From Polyangiaceae bacterium (GTDB lineage: Bacteria > Myxococcota_A > Polyangia > Polyangiales > Polyangiaceae), in the NCBI GenBank assembly GCA_965222375.1, contig CBDCTZ010000015.1, positions 800,001 to 864,000 on the forward strand: DNA of 64,000 bases, written 5' to 3'. The position numbers were made by a program, and so were the translations under genes. How positions within the stretch are numbered: position 1 is the stretch's first letter; each line of letters starts with the position of its first letter. The notes beneath the pieces are model-generated. The model worked only from the letters and a program-made list of their open reading frames with translations, was not told the origin of the DNA and searched no databases. Shown in pieces: positions 29,640 through 37,988 of this stretch.

Positions 29640-30713
29640 CTACTTCGGCGCCACGAGATCGTAAGCATTGGTCCCTGTCGCCATGCGCACTTCATCGTAG
29701 TACATGCGGCGCAAGGTGGCGGGATAGTTCTTGCTGTTAGGCGCGTAGATGCCCACATGCGGGCCATTGTGACTCTGCTTTTGCGCCGGGATGGGATTGC
29801 CGCAGGAGTCTTTCCAGTTCACGTTGGTCAGGCCCGTCTTGGAGTAGATCGGCTGTCCGTCCTTCCAGACGTCGAAGAAGCCGGCGTTCTTCGTCGAAAG
29901 CGTGAAATGCACGACCCAGTCGTGCCAAACGTCGCTCTTGAGTGGTTCGCTCCAGACTTTCGTCGTGTTGCTTCCGGCGCCCTTGCCGGTCGACTGGCCC
30001 CCGTTCTCGATCACGGTGAGCGTCAAGTTTCCGCTCGACGGTCTCACGGTGATGGCGTTACCATCGAAGTCGCAGTTGCTGCCCGAAGCTTCGTTGGGAG
30101 CATGGATTTGAAAGAAGGTGTTCGCAGGCACCTTCGGGTCCCACTTGTCGAGACGGAAGCTGAACCCGATCCAGTACTCGATTCCATCGTCCCATCCGAA
30201 CTTGCCCCGTGGTTCTGATCTCAGTTCGGCTCGATAGGGAGTGTTGCCGGATGTGGGCTGCGCTTCCGTCCACATCAAGGCGGCGTACTTCCCGGAGCGG
30301 GTAACAGCGTTCGTCGGCTCCACGTGGCCCCATTGATAGAGCTTCGTGACGTATTGCGAGAGGTCACCCGTCTCGAAGTCACCACTCCAGATGAGCTTGC
30401 CGCCAGCCCCACCGCTGCTGCCTCCGCCAGCACCCGCACTGCCAGCCGCTCCACCACTCGAATTGCCCGCTGAGCCCGCACTGCCTGCCGCGCCGGCACT
30501 GCCGCCCGAGTTCCCAACGCCCGCGGAGTTGCCACTTCCCGCCGTCGCCCCGGTGCCACCCGCACCCGCGCCGCCGGAGCCGGACATCGCGGCAGAGCCC
30601 GCAGCCCCGCTCGCGCCCGGCGCAGAGTTGCCCGCGTCATCAGAGCCGCAGCCGCTGAGCATCCACGCGGCTGTGGCGATCACGAAACTGGTTCTCAGAG
30701 GTGGCAAACGCAT
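29640..30713 (-). CDS. Polysaccharide-lyase-like lipoprotein, type A2
   Basis: Lipobox LSGC; GDFETG, YRAEL, YWIGFS, FQIH, WHDWVVH, PHVGIY, YYDEVRM. Confidence 0.8.
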   Translation of the reverse strand: MRLPPLRTSFVIATAAWMLSGCGSDDAGNSAPGASGAAGSAAMSGSGGAGAGGTGATAGSGNSAGVGNSGGSAGAAGSAGSAGNSSGGAAGSAGAGGGSSGGAGGKLIWSGDFETGDLSQYVTKLYQWGHVEPTNAVTRSGKYAALMWTEAQPTSGNTPYRAELRSEPRGKFGWDDGIEYWIGFSFRLDKWDPKVPANTFFQIHAPNEASGSNCDFDGNAITVRPSSGNLTLTVIENGGQSTGKGAGSNTTKVWSEPLKSDVWHDWVVHFTLSTKNAGFFDVWKDGQPIYSKTGLTNVNWKDSCGNPIPAQKQSHNGPHVGIYAPNSKNYPATLRRMYYDEVRMATGTNAYDLVAPK

Positions 30714-30727
30714 CGTGGGCATGTCTC

Positions 30728-30743
30728 TGCAATGGGCGTACCT
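30728..30743 (-). promoter_or_regulatory. sigma54 -24/-12 promoter
   Basis: Minus strand AGGTACGCCCATTGCA, 16 nt before ATG 30713. Confidence 0.72.
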
Positions 30744-30794
30744 GCAACGTGCGAGTGAAATCACTGGGAATATGCAGGATCATGATGCCCGACG

Positions 30795-30829
30795 GTGTCG
30801 CGCATGTCACGGGGTGACATCGAGGCCAC
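30795..30829. promoter_or_regulatory. 35-bp palindromic enhancer-like element, copy 2
   Basis: GTGTC GCGCAT GTCAC GGG GTGAC ATCGAG GCCAC; 53 bp from the -24 GG. Confidence 0.78.
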
Positions 30830-30868
30830 TCCCAGAGGCGGCCACGGGAACCCGGTGGGTATGTCCTC

Positions 30869-31915
30869 TCACTTCGGCGCAACCAGTCCATAGCAACCGT
30901 CCGGACCCGCGATGCGCAACGCGTCGTGGTAGACGGTGCGGCTCGCGCCGGATGGCATCGGGGTCTTCTGATATTGGGCCGAGTACATTCCCATCTTCAA
31001 GTAGAAGCCGTCTTGGTCGAAGAAACCCAGATGGTTGGAGCCTTTGAAATCGACGACCTGATTGCCGTCACGCCAGACCCTGAAGAACCCGGCACTCGAC
31101 TCGGAAAGGCGGAAATTGATGACCCAATCGACCCATTGGCCGACCTTTCCACGAGGCGCTTGATATAGCTTGCCGACTCCAGGCACTTCATCCTGAAAGA
31201 AGAAGGTGGCCGGATACTTGTGCCGCAGCACCATGGGCTGCGCGCCCGGAGGCGGATTCGTGAACTTCCAGGGGCGGTAGTGCGCCTGAATCAACATCGC
31301 CGTATCCGTGAAGGTGGTCACCCCTTCATAGTCGGCATCGAGCTTGACACTGAATCCCACCCAGTAGGTCGTGTTCGCCTGCAGATCTAGACCACCGGTG
31401 TCGATTGTGGCCTCGGTGCGGTACTTCACCGGGGACTGCGGCGTCAGGCGAGAACGCATCACGTAGCTGCCCTCCCGCGCGGCATGTTTGATGACCTCGG
31501 GCTGGTTGCCGGATCTCTTGAAATTGGCTGGAAACGAACCCGACTCGAAGCCCTCGTCCAGGAGCAGCTTTGCGGTACAGGTTGTGCCACCGGCCGACCC
31601 GCCACTCCCGCTGCCAGCGGCGCCGCCACCTCCCGCGGCACCCGCTGTCGCACCAGCACCAGCAGAACCGCCCCCGCTCCCCGAACCCGCGGCATTGCCA
31701 GCGCCGCCGTTGTTCCCACTTCCCGCGCTCGCTCCGGAGCCGGAGCTGCCGCCCGCTCCAGACGTCGCGCCAGACCCCGAACTGCCACCAGTACTCGGCG
31801 CAGCCCCAGCGTCATCGGAGCTGCAGCCCGTCACCAACAACATCGCAACCAGCGCGAAAGATCCCAGTGTTGTTTGCGTATACACCAGATCTCTCCTTGA
31901 GCGCGCCGGATTCAC
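30869..31915 (-). CDS. Polysaccharide-lyase-like lipoprotein, type B1
   Basis: Lipobox VTGC. Catalytic domain is a close paralog of 28621-29622 (YRTE, IQAH, YLKMGMY). GTGA overlap with the upstream gene. Confidence 0.8.
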   Translation of the reverse strand: MNPARSRRDLVYTQTTLGSFALVAMLLVTGCSSDDAGAAPSTGGSSGSGATSGAGGSSGSGASAGSGNNGGAGNAAGSGSGGGSAGAGATAGAAGGGGAAGSGSGGSAGGTTCTAKLLLDEGFESGSFPANFKRSGNQPEVIKHAAREGSYVMRSRLTPQSPVKYRTEATIDTGGLDLQANTTYWVGFSVKLDADYEGVTTFTDTAMLIQAHYRPWKFTNPPPGAQPMVLRHKYPATFFFQDEVPGVGKLYQAPRGKVGQWVDWVINFRLSESSAGFFRVWRDGNQVVDFKGSNHLGFFDQDGFYLKMGMYSAQYQKTPMPSGASRTVYHDALRIAGPDGCYGLVAPK

Positions 31916-32940
31916 TTGGGAGCCACGGCCGAATAGCCATTGGTACCAGCGAAGATCCGAACCTCGTCGTAGTTCAGCTTTTGGGTCGATGTGTTGGACT
32001 TGTCTCGGTAGATCCCGACCTTCATATAGGTCCGCGGCGTAGCCGGCAGGTTGCAGTTGTCGAGCAGGAAGCGGTTCGCTCCCGTTTGGGAGTAGATCTT
32101 CTCACCGTTGCGCCACGCTTCGATGATCCCATCGGCAGAGGTCGAAGGCCGGTACCGAAACACCCAATCGATCCACGCGCCCAGCTTGAAGGGCTCTTTC
32201 CAGACCTGTTTCCCAATTGCAGCCGTGCCCGGTAGTTTGGTCTGGTCGGGGTTCACGACGACGTTTAGCCCCATCTGATCGCCGCTGGTCGTGACGGTGA
32301 TCGAATTCTTGCCGGCATTGCATGACCAGTCCGCCTTTCCGTTCGGCAGCGCATGCGGGACCGCGTGGGTTTGGAACAGCGTGGACCACTTGGGCAATTG
32401 GGCGCCCCAGTCCACGATGCGAAAGCTCAACCCGATCCAGTACTCCGTACCGTCGTGGAACGCGCCCTTGCCTCCCAGCGCCGTCAGCTCAGTCCTATAG
32501 GGAACCTTGTCCGTCGGACCGACCTGCATCAACGCGGCAAACTGTCCACTTCGAACCGGTGACTTCACGACGGTCGTGGTGTCGTTGCCGGAGGCATTCC
32601 ACCCGTCGAGGGTGCCCGACTCGAAATCCCCAACGAACTGCATCTTGCCGTTTGGCGCGCCAGCGCTACCGGCGGTACCCGCGCTGCCAGCGGAACCACC
32701 GCTCGCTCCCGCTCCAGCAAAGCCGCCCTGTCCCGCTCCGGCTCCCTGTCCGGCTGTTCCGCCGCTGGCGCTCGCGCCGCCTGCGGAAGTGCCACCCGCT
32801 CCTGCGCTCCCGCCAGCCCCAACCCCGGCACCACCCCCCGAGGCCGGCCCACCCCCGGCGTCATCAGAGCCACATGCACAAAGTGTGAGCGCAAACACGC
32901 CAACCAGAGCAGAGAGTCTTCGCTGAGTCGATATGGACAT
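31912..32940 (-). CDS. Polysaccharide-lyase-like lipoprotein, type A1
   Basis: Lipobox LCAC; GDFESG, YRTEL, YWIGLS, FQTH, YMKVGIY, YDEVRI. Three adjacent ATGs at 32946/32943/32940. Confidence 0.8.
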   Translation of the reverse strand: MSISTQRRLSALVGVFALTLCACGSDDAGGGPASGGGAGVGAGGSAGAGGTSAGGASASGGTAGQGAGAGQGGFAGAGASGGSAGSAGTAGSAGAPNGKMQFVGDFESGTLDGWNASGNDTTTVVKSPVRSGQFAALMQVGPTDKVPYRTELTALGGKGAFHDGTEYWIGLSFRIVDWGAQLPKWSTLFQTHAVPHALPNGKADWSCNAGKNSITVTTSGDQMGLNVVVNPDQTKLPGTAAIGKQVWKEPFKLGAWIDWVFRYRPSTSADGIIEAWRNGEKIYSQTGANRFLLDNCNLPATPRTYMKVGIYRDKSNTSTQKLNYDEVRIFAGTNGYSAVAPK

Positions 32941-32954
32941 CATCATTGCGGTTC

Positions 32955-32970
32955 TGCAATCGACATGCCA
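32955..32970 (-). promoter_or_regulatory. sigma54 -24/-12 promoter
   Basis: Minus strand TGGCATGTCGATTGCA, near consensus. Confidence 0.82.
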
Positions 32971-33021
32971 GCCCATGGGAGCGCGGCGTGCGGCGATTTC
33001 TTCATGCAATCATGACTCGAA

Positions 33022-33056
33022 GTGGCCTTCGCGTCACGAAGTGACATGCAGGTCAC
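33022..33056. promoter_or_regulatory. 35-bp palindromic enhancer-like element, copy 3
   Basis: GTGGC CTTCGC GTCAC GAA GTGAC ATGCAG GTCAC; 53 bp from the -24 GG. Confidence 0.8.
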
Positions 33057-33331
33057 TGGGTGCAAGGGTGGCGGGAGCGCGCCAGGACACCGTTCAGTTT
33101 CGACCGAAACGCCCCGTTGCTTCTCCCCCGGCTCCCCCGCCTGCGTCGCCCGGTGCTCGACCGCTCACCACGATGGCGCCGGCGTCACGCGCCGACTCGC
33201 CTGCCGCCCCTTGCCAAGCAGGTCGTGGTAGCTATCGGAGCTTTCCTGATACGGGCGCGTTTTGCCACGACCAGTGCCATAAGCCGGCGTACATGCGCTG
33301 CGCAAGTGGATACCGTTCTCGTGTGGCCGAT

Positions 33332-34588
33332 TCACTTTGCGACTTTTAGGATCCGCCCTGTGCCATGGTCTGTAAAGTATACCGCCACTTCATCGACGGC
33401 GAGGTACCGCGGCTTCGCTCCGGCACCCGAATAGAGCTTGACCGGCGGCGCCGGATTCTTTGACGCGTCGTGGTTTTTTGCGAGCCGGTAGACGTAGCCG
33501 GCGCTGTCGTCGCTGGCAGCCCAATAAATGTTCTTCTCGTCAACCGCAGCATACGCGGCAGGTTCTTCGGTCACGGCCAGTGTGTCGATCTTCGTGGTGG
33601 CAATGTTGTACCGGCTGATTCGACCGAGACCTGTATCGGCGCTCGACCAGAAAACCATCTTTGAGTCGGAGATTACGCTAAACACAGCACCCTGGCCGGT
33701 TGCCACCTGTTGGCCGGCGGACGTATTCGGCGACGCGGTCTTGGCGATGCGCCGCACTTGGCCATCGGCCAGCTTGTCGCCGCCACTCCAATACACGTTG
33801 CTGCCATCCACCGTCAGTCCCAGGGGCAGCACCTGGGCTGTGGTCAACTTGACGGACGTCGCACCGACCTTCTTCGGCGCGCGCCAGACAAAGCCGGTGT
33901 CGTCTGATTGTGTGAAATAGATGAAGCCGCTGTCGATCGCCAACCCGCCGGTTTTTACTCCCGGGCTGAGCACAGTTTCCGCCGGTGCGGAGCCGTCGGC
34001 AAGGACCCGTTCGACGGTATGCCCCTTTCGAGTGGTGAAATAGACGTAGCCCCCGTCCATCACCAGGAACCACGTCCAAGGGTAACCGCTAGCGAGCGAA
34101 ATCCGCCCAGCCCCGTCAACTTTGCTGGCACGGTCGATGTAGCCGTCTACGGAATCCGAGAAGTATATAGAGGTAGCGTCCACTGCGACGCCCCAAGGAG
34201 CGGCCAGGGCGGAAAGCAGGACAATGCCTTCACATACGCCCGCAGTGCATGCGGCGCCCAAGCACTCTCGCCCACACTCTCCGCAGTTGCCGTCAACATC
34301 GAGCCGAACTTCGCAGCCGTTGTCATCTCTGTCGTCGCAGTTGCCGTACCCGGGGTTACAGCTCGTAACAACGCAGGAACCCGAGGTGCAGGAACCCGTC
34401 GCGTGATTAGGGGAGCAAGCACAACCCGCACCTCCACCGCTGCCAGAGCTCCCCCCCGTACTACCGGCGCCGCCGCCCAAGCCCGAGTCTGTTGCGTGGG
34501 CGGGCGCTGGCGGTGGCAGCTCGTCCGCACACGCCCATAGCCCCATGCTCAGAGACACGGTAGGAATCAACCTAGAGTACGGCCCCAT
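33332..34588 (-). CDS. Lipoprotein with Cys-rich repeat and beta-propeller (paralog 2)
   Basis: LWAC-ADELPPP; colinear with 23549-24826; ends GRILKVAK. Confidence 0.85.
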   Translation of the reverse strand: MGPYSRLIPTVSLSMGLWACADELPPPAPAHATDSGLGGGAGSTGGSSGSGGGAGCACSPNHATGSCTSGSCVVTSCNPGYGNCDDRDDNGCEVRLDVDGNCGECGRECLGAACTAGVCEGIVLLSALAAPWGVAVDATSIYFSDSVDGYIDRASKVDGAGRISLASGYPWTWFLVMDGGYVYFTTRKGHTVERVLADGSAPAETVLSPGVKTGGLAIDSGFIYFTQSDDTGFVWRAPKKVGATSVKLTTAQVLPLGLTVDGSNVYWSGGDKLADGQVRRIAKTASPNTSAGQQVATGQGAVFSVISDSKMVFWSSADTGLGRISRYNIATTKIDTLAVTEEPAAYAAVDEKNIYWAASDDSAGYVYRLAKNHDASKNPAPPVKLYSGAGAKPRYLAVDEVAVYFTDHGTGRILKVAK

Positions 34589-35039
34589 GCTCGTTGACGA
34601 AGTATGCCACACTCCGCGTCATGCGTCGGTCGAGTTCAGCTCGTCTTGCACGGAAGGTCGTGCGCGAACCAGCAGGACGCTTCGTGGCACGGGATGCATG
34701 GCCAACAAGGACCTGGCCTGGTGCGTTCCCTGGACGAACGCCACTGGCGGAATCCTCGTTGGCCTCCGGACCGGTGGAGCGCGCTCCTCGAGCCAGAGGT
34801 CAGGAGGCTGCTCATAGGCACTCAGGTTGCAGGTCGGTGCCTCGGGATGACGTGGAGGTCACCAAGTCGCATTGGCGATACTCCAGTCGCGCGTCGAAGG
34901 GGGTGAACTCCTCAAGAATCAGCGCCTCCACCGGCGGGTTTGCCCTCCTCGCAGCCAGTCCCCACACCGACTACAAGCAGCCCGGAACGCCACACACGCG
35001 TTGTCGCAGTTCAAGTACCCGACACGCGGGGGGCGGCTA

Positions 35040-35074
35040 GTGACCCGATTGTCACCGCGTGACTCCGACTCCCA
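35040..35074. promoter_or_regulatory. Enhancer-like element, copy 4 (three of four half-sites)
   Basis: GTGAC CCGATT GTCAC CGC GTGAC TCCGAC tccca. Flank gctaGTGACc also matches the reverse complement of copy 1. Confidence 0.7.
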
Positions 35075-35120
35075 ACCTGGATCAGGGGCAGAACCCCAAC
35101 ATACGCCACCTGTGAGCAGC

Positions 35121-35136
35121 CGGCACGCTCATTGCT
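35121..35136 (+). promoter_or_regulatory. sigma54 -24/-12 promoter
   Basis: CGGCACGCTCATTGCT, 17 nt before ATG 35152. Confidence 0.8.
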
Positions 35137-35151
35137 TGCCAATTTGGAGCA

Positions 35152-36240
35152 ATGCAAGAATCAAATACTCGACGCAGCCCGGTGCTGATGGCAGCAGCGC
35201 TGGTGCTTATGGCCTGCAGTTCCGACGACCAGGCTGGGTCCACGGGGGCAGGTGGTGGAAGCGGCGGCAGCGCCGCCGGGCCATCGGCGGGGGCAGCGGG
35301 CGGTGGAAACTCAGCTGGCGGCGGAGGCGTGGCTGGAACGAGTGGTGACGCAGGCAGTGGAAACTCAGCTGGCGGAGGAGGCGTGGCTGGAACGAGTGGT
35401 GCCGCGGGCAGTGGCAATGCCGGAGGCGTCCCCAGCGCGGGTGGATCTGCGGGCAGCGGCGGCCTGGCTGGCAATGGGGGTTCCTCGGCTGCCGCCCCGC
35501 CCAACGGCATGAAACTGATCTTTGCTGACGGTTTCGAATCGGGAACATTGGCCTGGGGGTTCTCGGGCAACAAGGACACCCACCTCGTTGCGTCGCCAAC
35601 CCGGGCTGGAAAGTACGCGGTCGAAATGGCGCTGACAGACTCCAGCCTGATCGACTACCGCTCGGAAATAGTGAACCGAGGAGGGGGCGCGTATGTCCTG
35701 AAGTGGGGGAAGGAGTACTGGATGCGTTTTAGCAACCTGCTGGCTCAGTGGCCGTCGAGCGGCGCAGCGAGCAACGGAATCATCTGGCAGCTCCATGGAA
35801 CACCTGCGGACTGGAGCAAGAAGTGCGACCCGACAAAGCACCTCATACCCGGGGGAAAGGCTTGGAGGTACGCCAACCTCGTCTATATCTCTACAAGAGA
35901 TGGCAACCTGCGGGCCAAGGTCCAGGGGACTGGCACGACTCCGACGACCAAGGGTACTGACTGGAACTTCGGTCAATTCACCCTGGGCAAGTGGAACGAC
36001 TGGGTCGTTCACTTCAGGTTGTCCCTGAACAGCGACGGCTTCTTCAAGGTCTACCTAGACGGAAAACTGGTAGCCGAACAGAACGGCAAGAATGTGGACG
36101 CCGCGAATATCTGTGGCTACCCGCACCTACCTGAGCACTATTTCAAGATCGGAATCTACAACGTGGCACGCAAAGGACACACCGCGCCACTTCCCCCACA
36201 GGTGATCGACTACGACGAGTTCGCTCTGTACGGCAAATAG
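35152..36240 (+). CDS. Polysaccharide-lyase-like lipoprotein, type A3
   Basis: Lipobox LMAC; linker with a 54-bp duplication; DGFESG, YRSEI, EYWMRFS, WQLH, YFKIGIY, DYDEF. Confidence 0.8.
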   Translation: MQESNTRRSPVLMAAALVLMACSSDDQAGSTGAGGGSGGSAAGPSAGAAGGGNSAGGGGVAGTSGDAGSGNSAGGGGVAGTSGAAGSGNAGGVPSAGGSAGSGGLAGNGGSSAAAPPNGMKLIFADGFESGTLAWGFSGNKDTHLVASPTRAGKYAVEMALTDSSLIDYRSEIVNRGGGAYVLKWGKEYWMRFSNLLAQWPSSGAASNGIIWQLHGTPADWSKKCDPTKHLIPGGKAWRYANLVYISTRDGNLRAKVQGTGTTPTTKGTDWNFGQFTLGKWNDWVVHFRLSLNSDGFFKVYLDGKLVAEQNGKNVDAANICGYPHLPEHYFKIGIYNVARKGHTAPLPPQVIDYDEFALYGK

Positions 36241-36400
36241 CGACGGGCTACCTCGGTTGCACTCCCCTTGTACCGGGCTCACCGGAGCGCGGCAGCCCCT
36301 TTCATGCCATCCTGACTCGAAGTGGGGAGACGACGACGGCGACTGCGCCAGAGACCGTACAATACGACCTCGCCTGCGAGCGTGTTTCTCAAGGCAAAGC

Positions 36401-37891
36401 TCAAAGGTCTTCGAAAAGGTCATCCTTGCGCTTAGCGGGACCGGGTGCCGGCGGGGCCTTGCGGATCGGGCGTGGCGCGAGTCGCGTCTTTGACGCCGAG
36501 GTCGACGGACCGACCGCGCTCACTGATGGGACTGGAGCGGGTTGCGAGTCGGCGGCGGGTGAAGCGACCCCCAACGGTATCGCGGCAACGAAACCGTTGG
36601 CATTCTGAAGCACACTGCGCAAACGAGGTGGCTTTTCACTCGAGCGGAGGAAGACGAGCACGCCGGACGCGCCCAGCGCTGCAGCGAGCACGACTCCGAC
36701 CGCTACGCGTCCGAATCTCGGTCGCGATTGCGTGTCACTAACCGCCGAAGCCAGCGTGCCTCCCGTCGCTTCTGGAGCATCCCCGAGTGGCCCCAGCGGG
36801 GCCCGCCCCGGTCCTCGCGCTTGCTGCAGCGCGACCGCTCGCGACCTGAAAGCGAGCTCCGTATCGTCGAGCTTGGCGTCCAGCTCTGCCCGCTCCTTCG
36901 CGAACAGCCCATCGAGCAGCTCCGCGAGGTCGCCTTCGTCGGACGAGAACCCGCTTTCCCTGACACAGGCGCGGAGTTCATCTGCGACATCTTTCGCCGT
37001 CGTGAACCTAGCTTTGGCAGACTGCTCTAGGCAGCGCAACGTGATAGCCGCAAGTCGTTCAGGTACGTCTGCCCGCAACTCTTGGGGGTTCTTCACAGAG
37101 CAGCGCAAGATCAATGCGACGGTTTCTCGTGGCGTGCCACCCTTGAACAAGCGCCGCCCGGTCAGTGCCTCCCACAGCAAGATCCCGAGGGCGAAGATGT
37201 CCGAGCGGCGATCCAGGGGTTCCGCACTCACCTGTTCTGGGGACATGTAAGCGAACTTGCCCTTGACCACGCCGGTGTGGGTGCTGGCCGTATTGGACAA
37301 CTTGGCGACGCCAAAGTCGGATACGAAGACTTGACCGCGGTAGGAGAGCAAGATGTTGTCTGGCGAGAGATCTCGATGGATCAGATTGAGAGGCGTTCCG
37401 CCCGCGTCTCGCAACTGGTGCGCCGCGTGCAGCCCATTGGCCGCCTGAATCATGACCCGAGCGATGATGCCGAGGGGGAGATGCCGCCTCTTTCGGCCCA
37501 GCGTAGCGAGCACCTTGCGCAAGGACTGGCCGCGGATGAGCTCCATCGCGATGAACAGCGAGCCTTGCTCTTCGCCGAGTTCGATGGTGCGCACGACGTT
37601 GGGGTGATCGAGCCGCGCAGTCACCCTGGCTTCCGAAAGGAACGCCTGAACATCGGCGTCGCCAGGGTTGCGGTTGAGCATCACCTTCACCGCCACGATG
37701 CGACCGATGCCTTCGCGGCCAACCACGCGACCTGCGTAGACCGCCCCCATGCCACCTGAAGCCAAAGGGAAGAGCAGCTCATAGCGGCCGAGGCGCGCCC
37801 CCGCCAAGTCGCCCGCCCCTCCGGACGTCGTCAGCCAGCTGTTCCCTTGGGAATCGCTGTTCGGTTTGCTTGCAGGCGTCGTCGGCTTCAC
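36401..37891 (-). CDS. Membrane-anchored Ser/Thr protein kinase
   Basis: LASGGMGAVY, AVK, HRDLSPDN, DFG, GKFAYMSPE; TM VAVGVVLAAALGASGVLVFL; Pro-rich tail. Confidence 0.93.
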   Translation of the reverse strand: MKPTTPASKPNSDSQGNSWLTTSGGAGDLAGARLGRYELLFPLASGGMGAVYAGRVVGREGIGRIVAVKVMLNRNPGDADVQAFLSEARVTARLDHPNVVRTIELGEEQGSLFIAMELIRGQSLRKVLATLGRKRRHLPLGIIARVMIQAANGLHAAHQLRDAGGTPLNLIHRDLSPDNILLSYRGQVFVSDFGVAKLSNTASTHTGVVKGKFAYMSPEQVSAEPLDRRSDIFALGILLWEALTGRRLFKGGTPRETVALILRCSVKNPQELRADVPERLAAITLRCLEQSAKARFTTAKDVADELRACVRESGFSSDEGDLAELLDGLFAKERAELDAKLDDTELAFRSRAVALQQARGPGRAPLGPLGDAPEATGGTLASAVSDTQSRPRFGRVAVGVVLAAALGASGVLVFLRSSEKPPRLRSVLQNANGFVAAIPLGVASPAADSQPAPVPSVSAVGPSTSASKTRLAPRPIRKAPPAPGPAKRKDDLFEDL

Positions 37892-37988
37892 GTTACACGG
37901 TCGCTAGGCTAGTGTAGCTGTCACCACGGGTTGCCGGCCACAAGGTCGCTTCTCGCCGCCTGGGCCCACCTTCCTCGCACGCTTTCCG

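Noticed and set aside
34620..35035. Possible gene remnant or ncRNA in the long intergenic region
   Set aside because: Short ORFs have no recognisable motif and I could not support any structure by eye.
37935..37950. sigma54 box CGGCCACAAGGTCGCT upstream of the activator
   Set aside because: GG-N10-GC spacing is right but the GGCAC and TTGC contexts are poor; likely by chance at this GC content.
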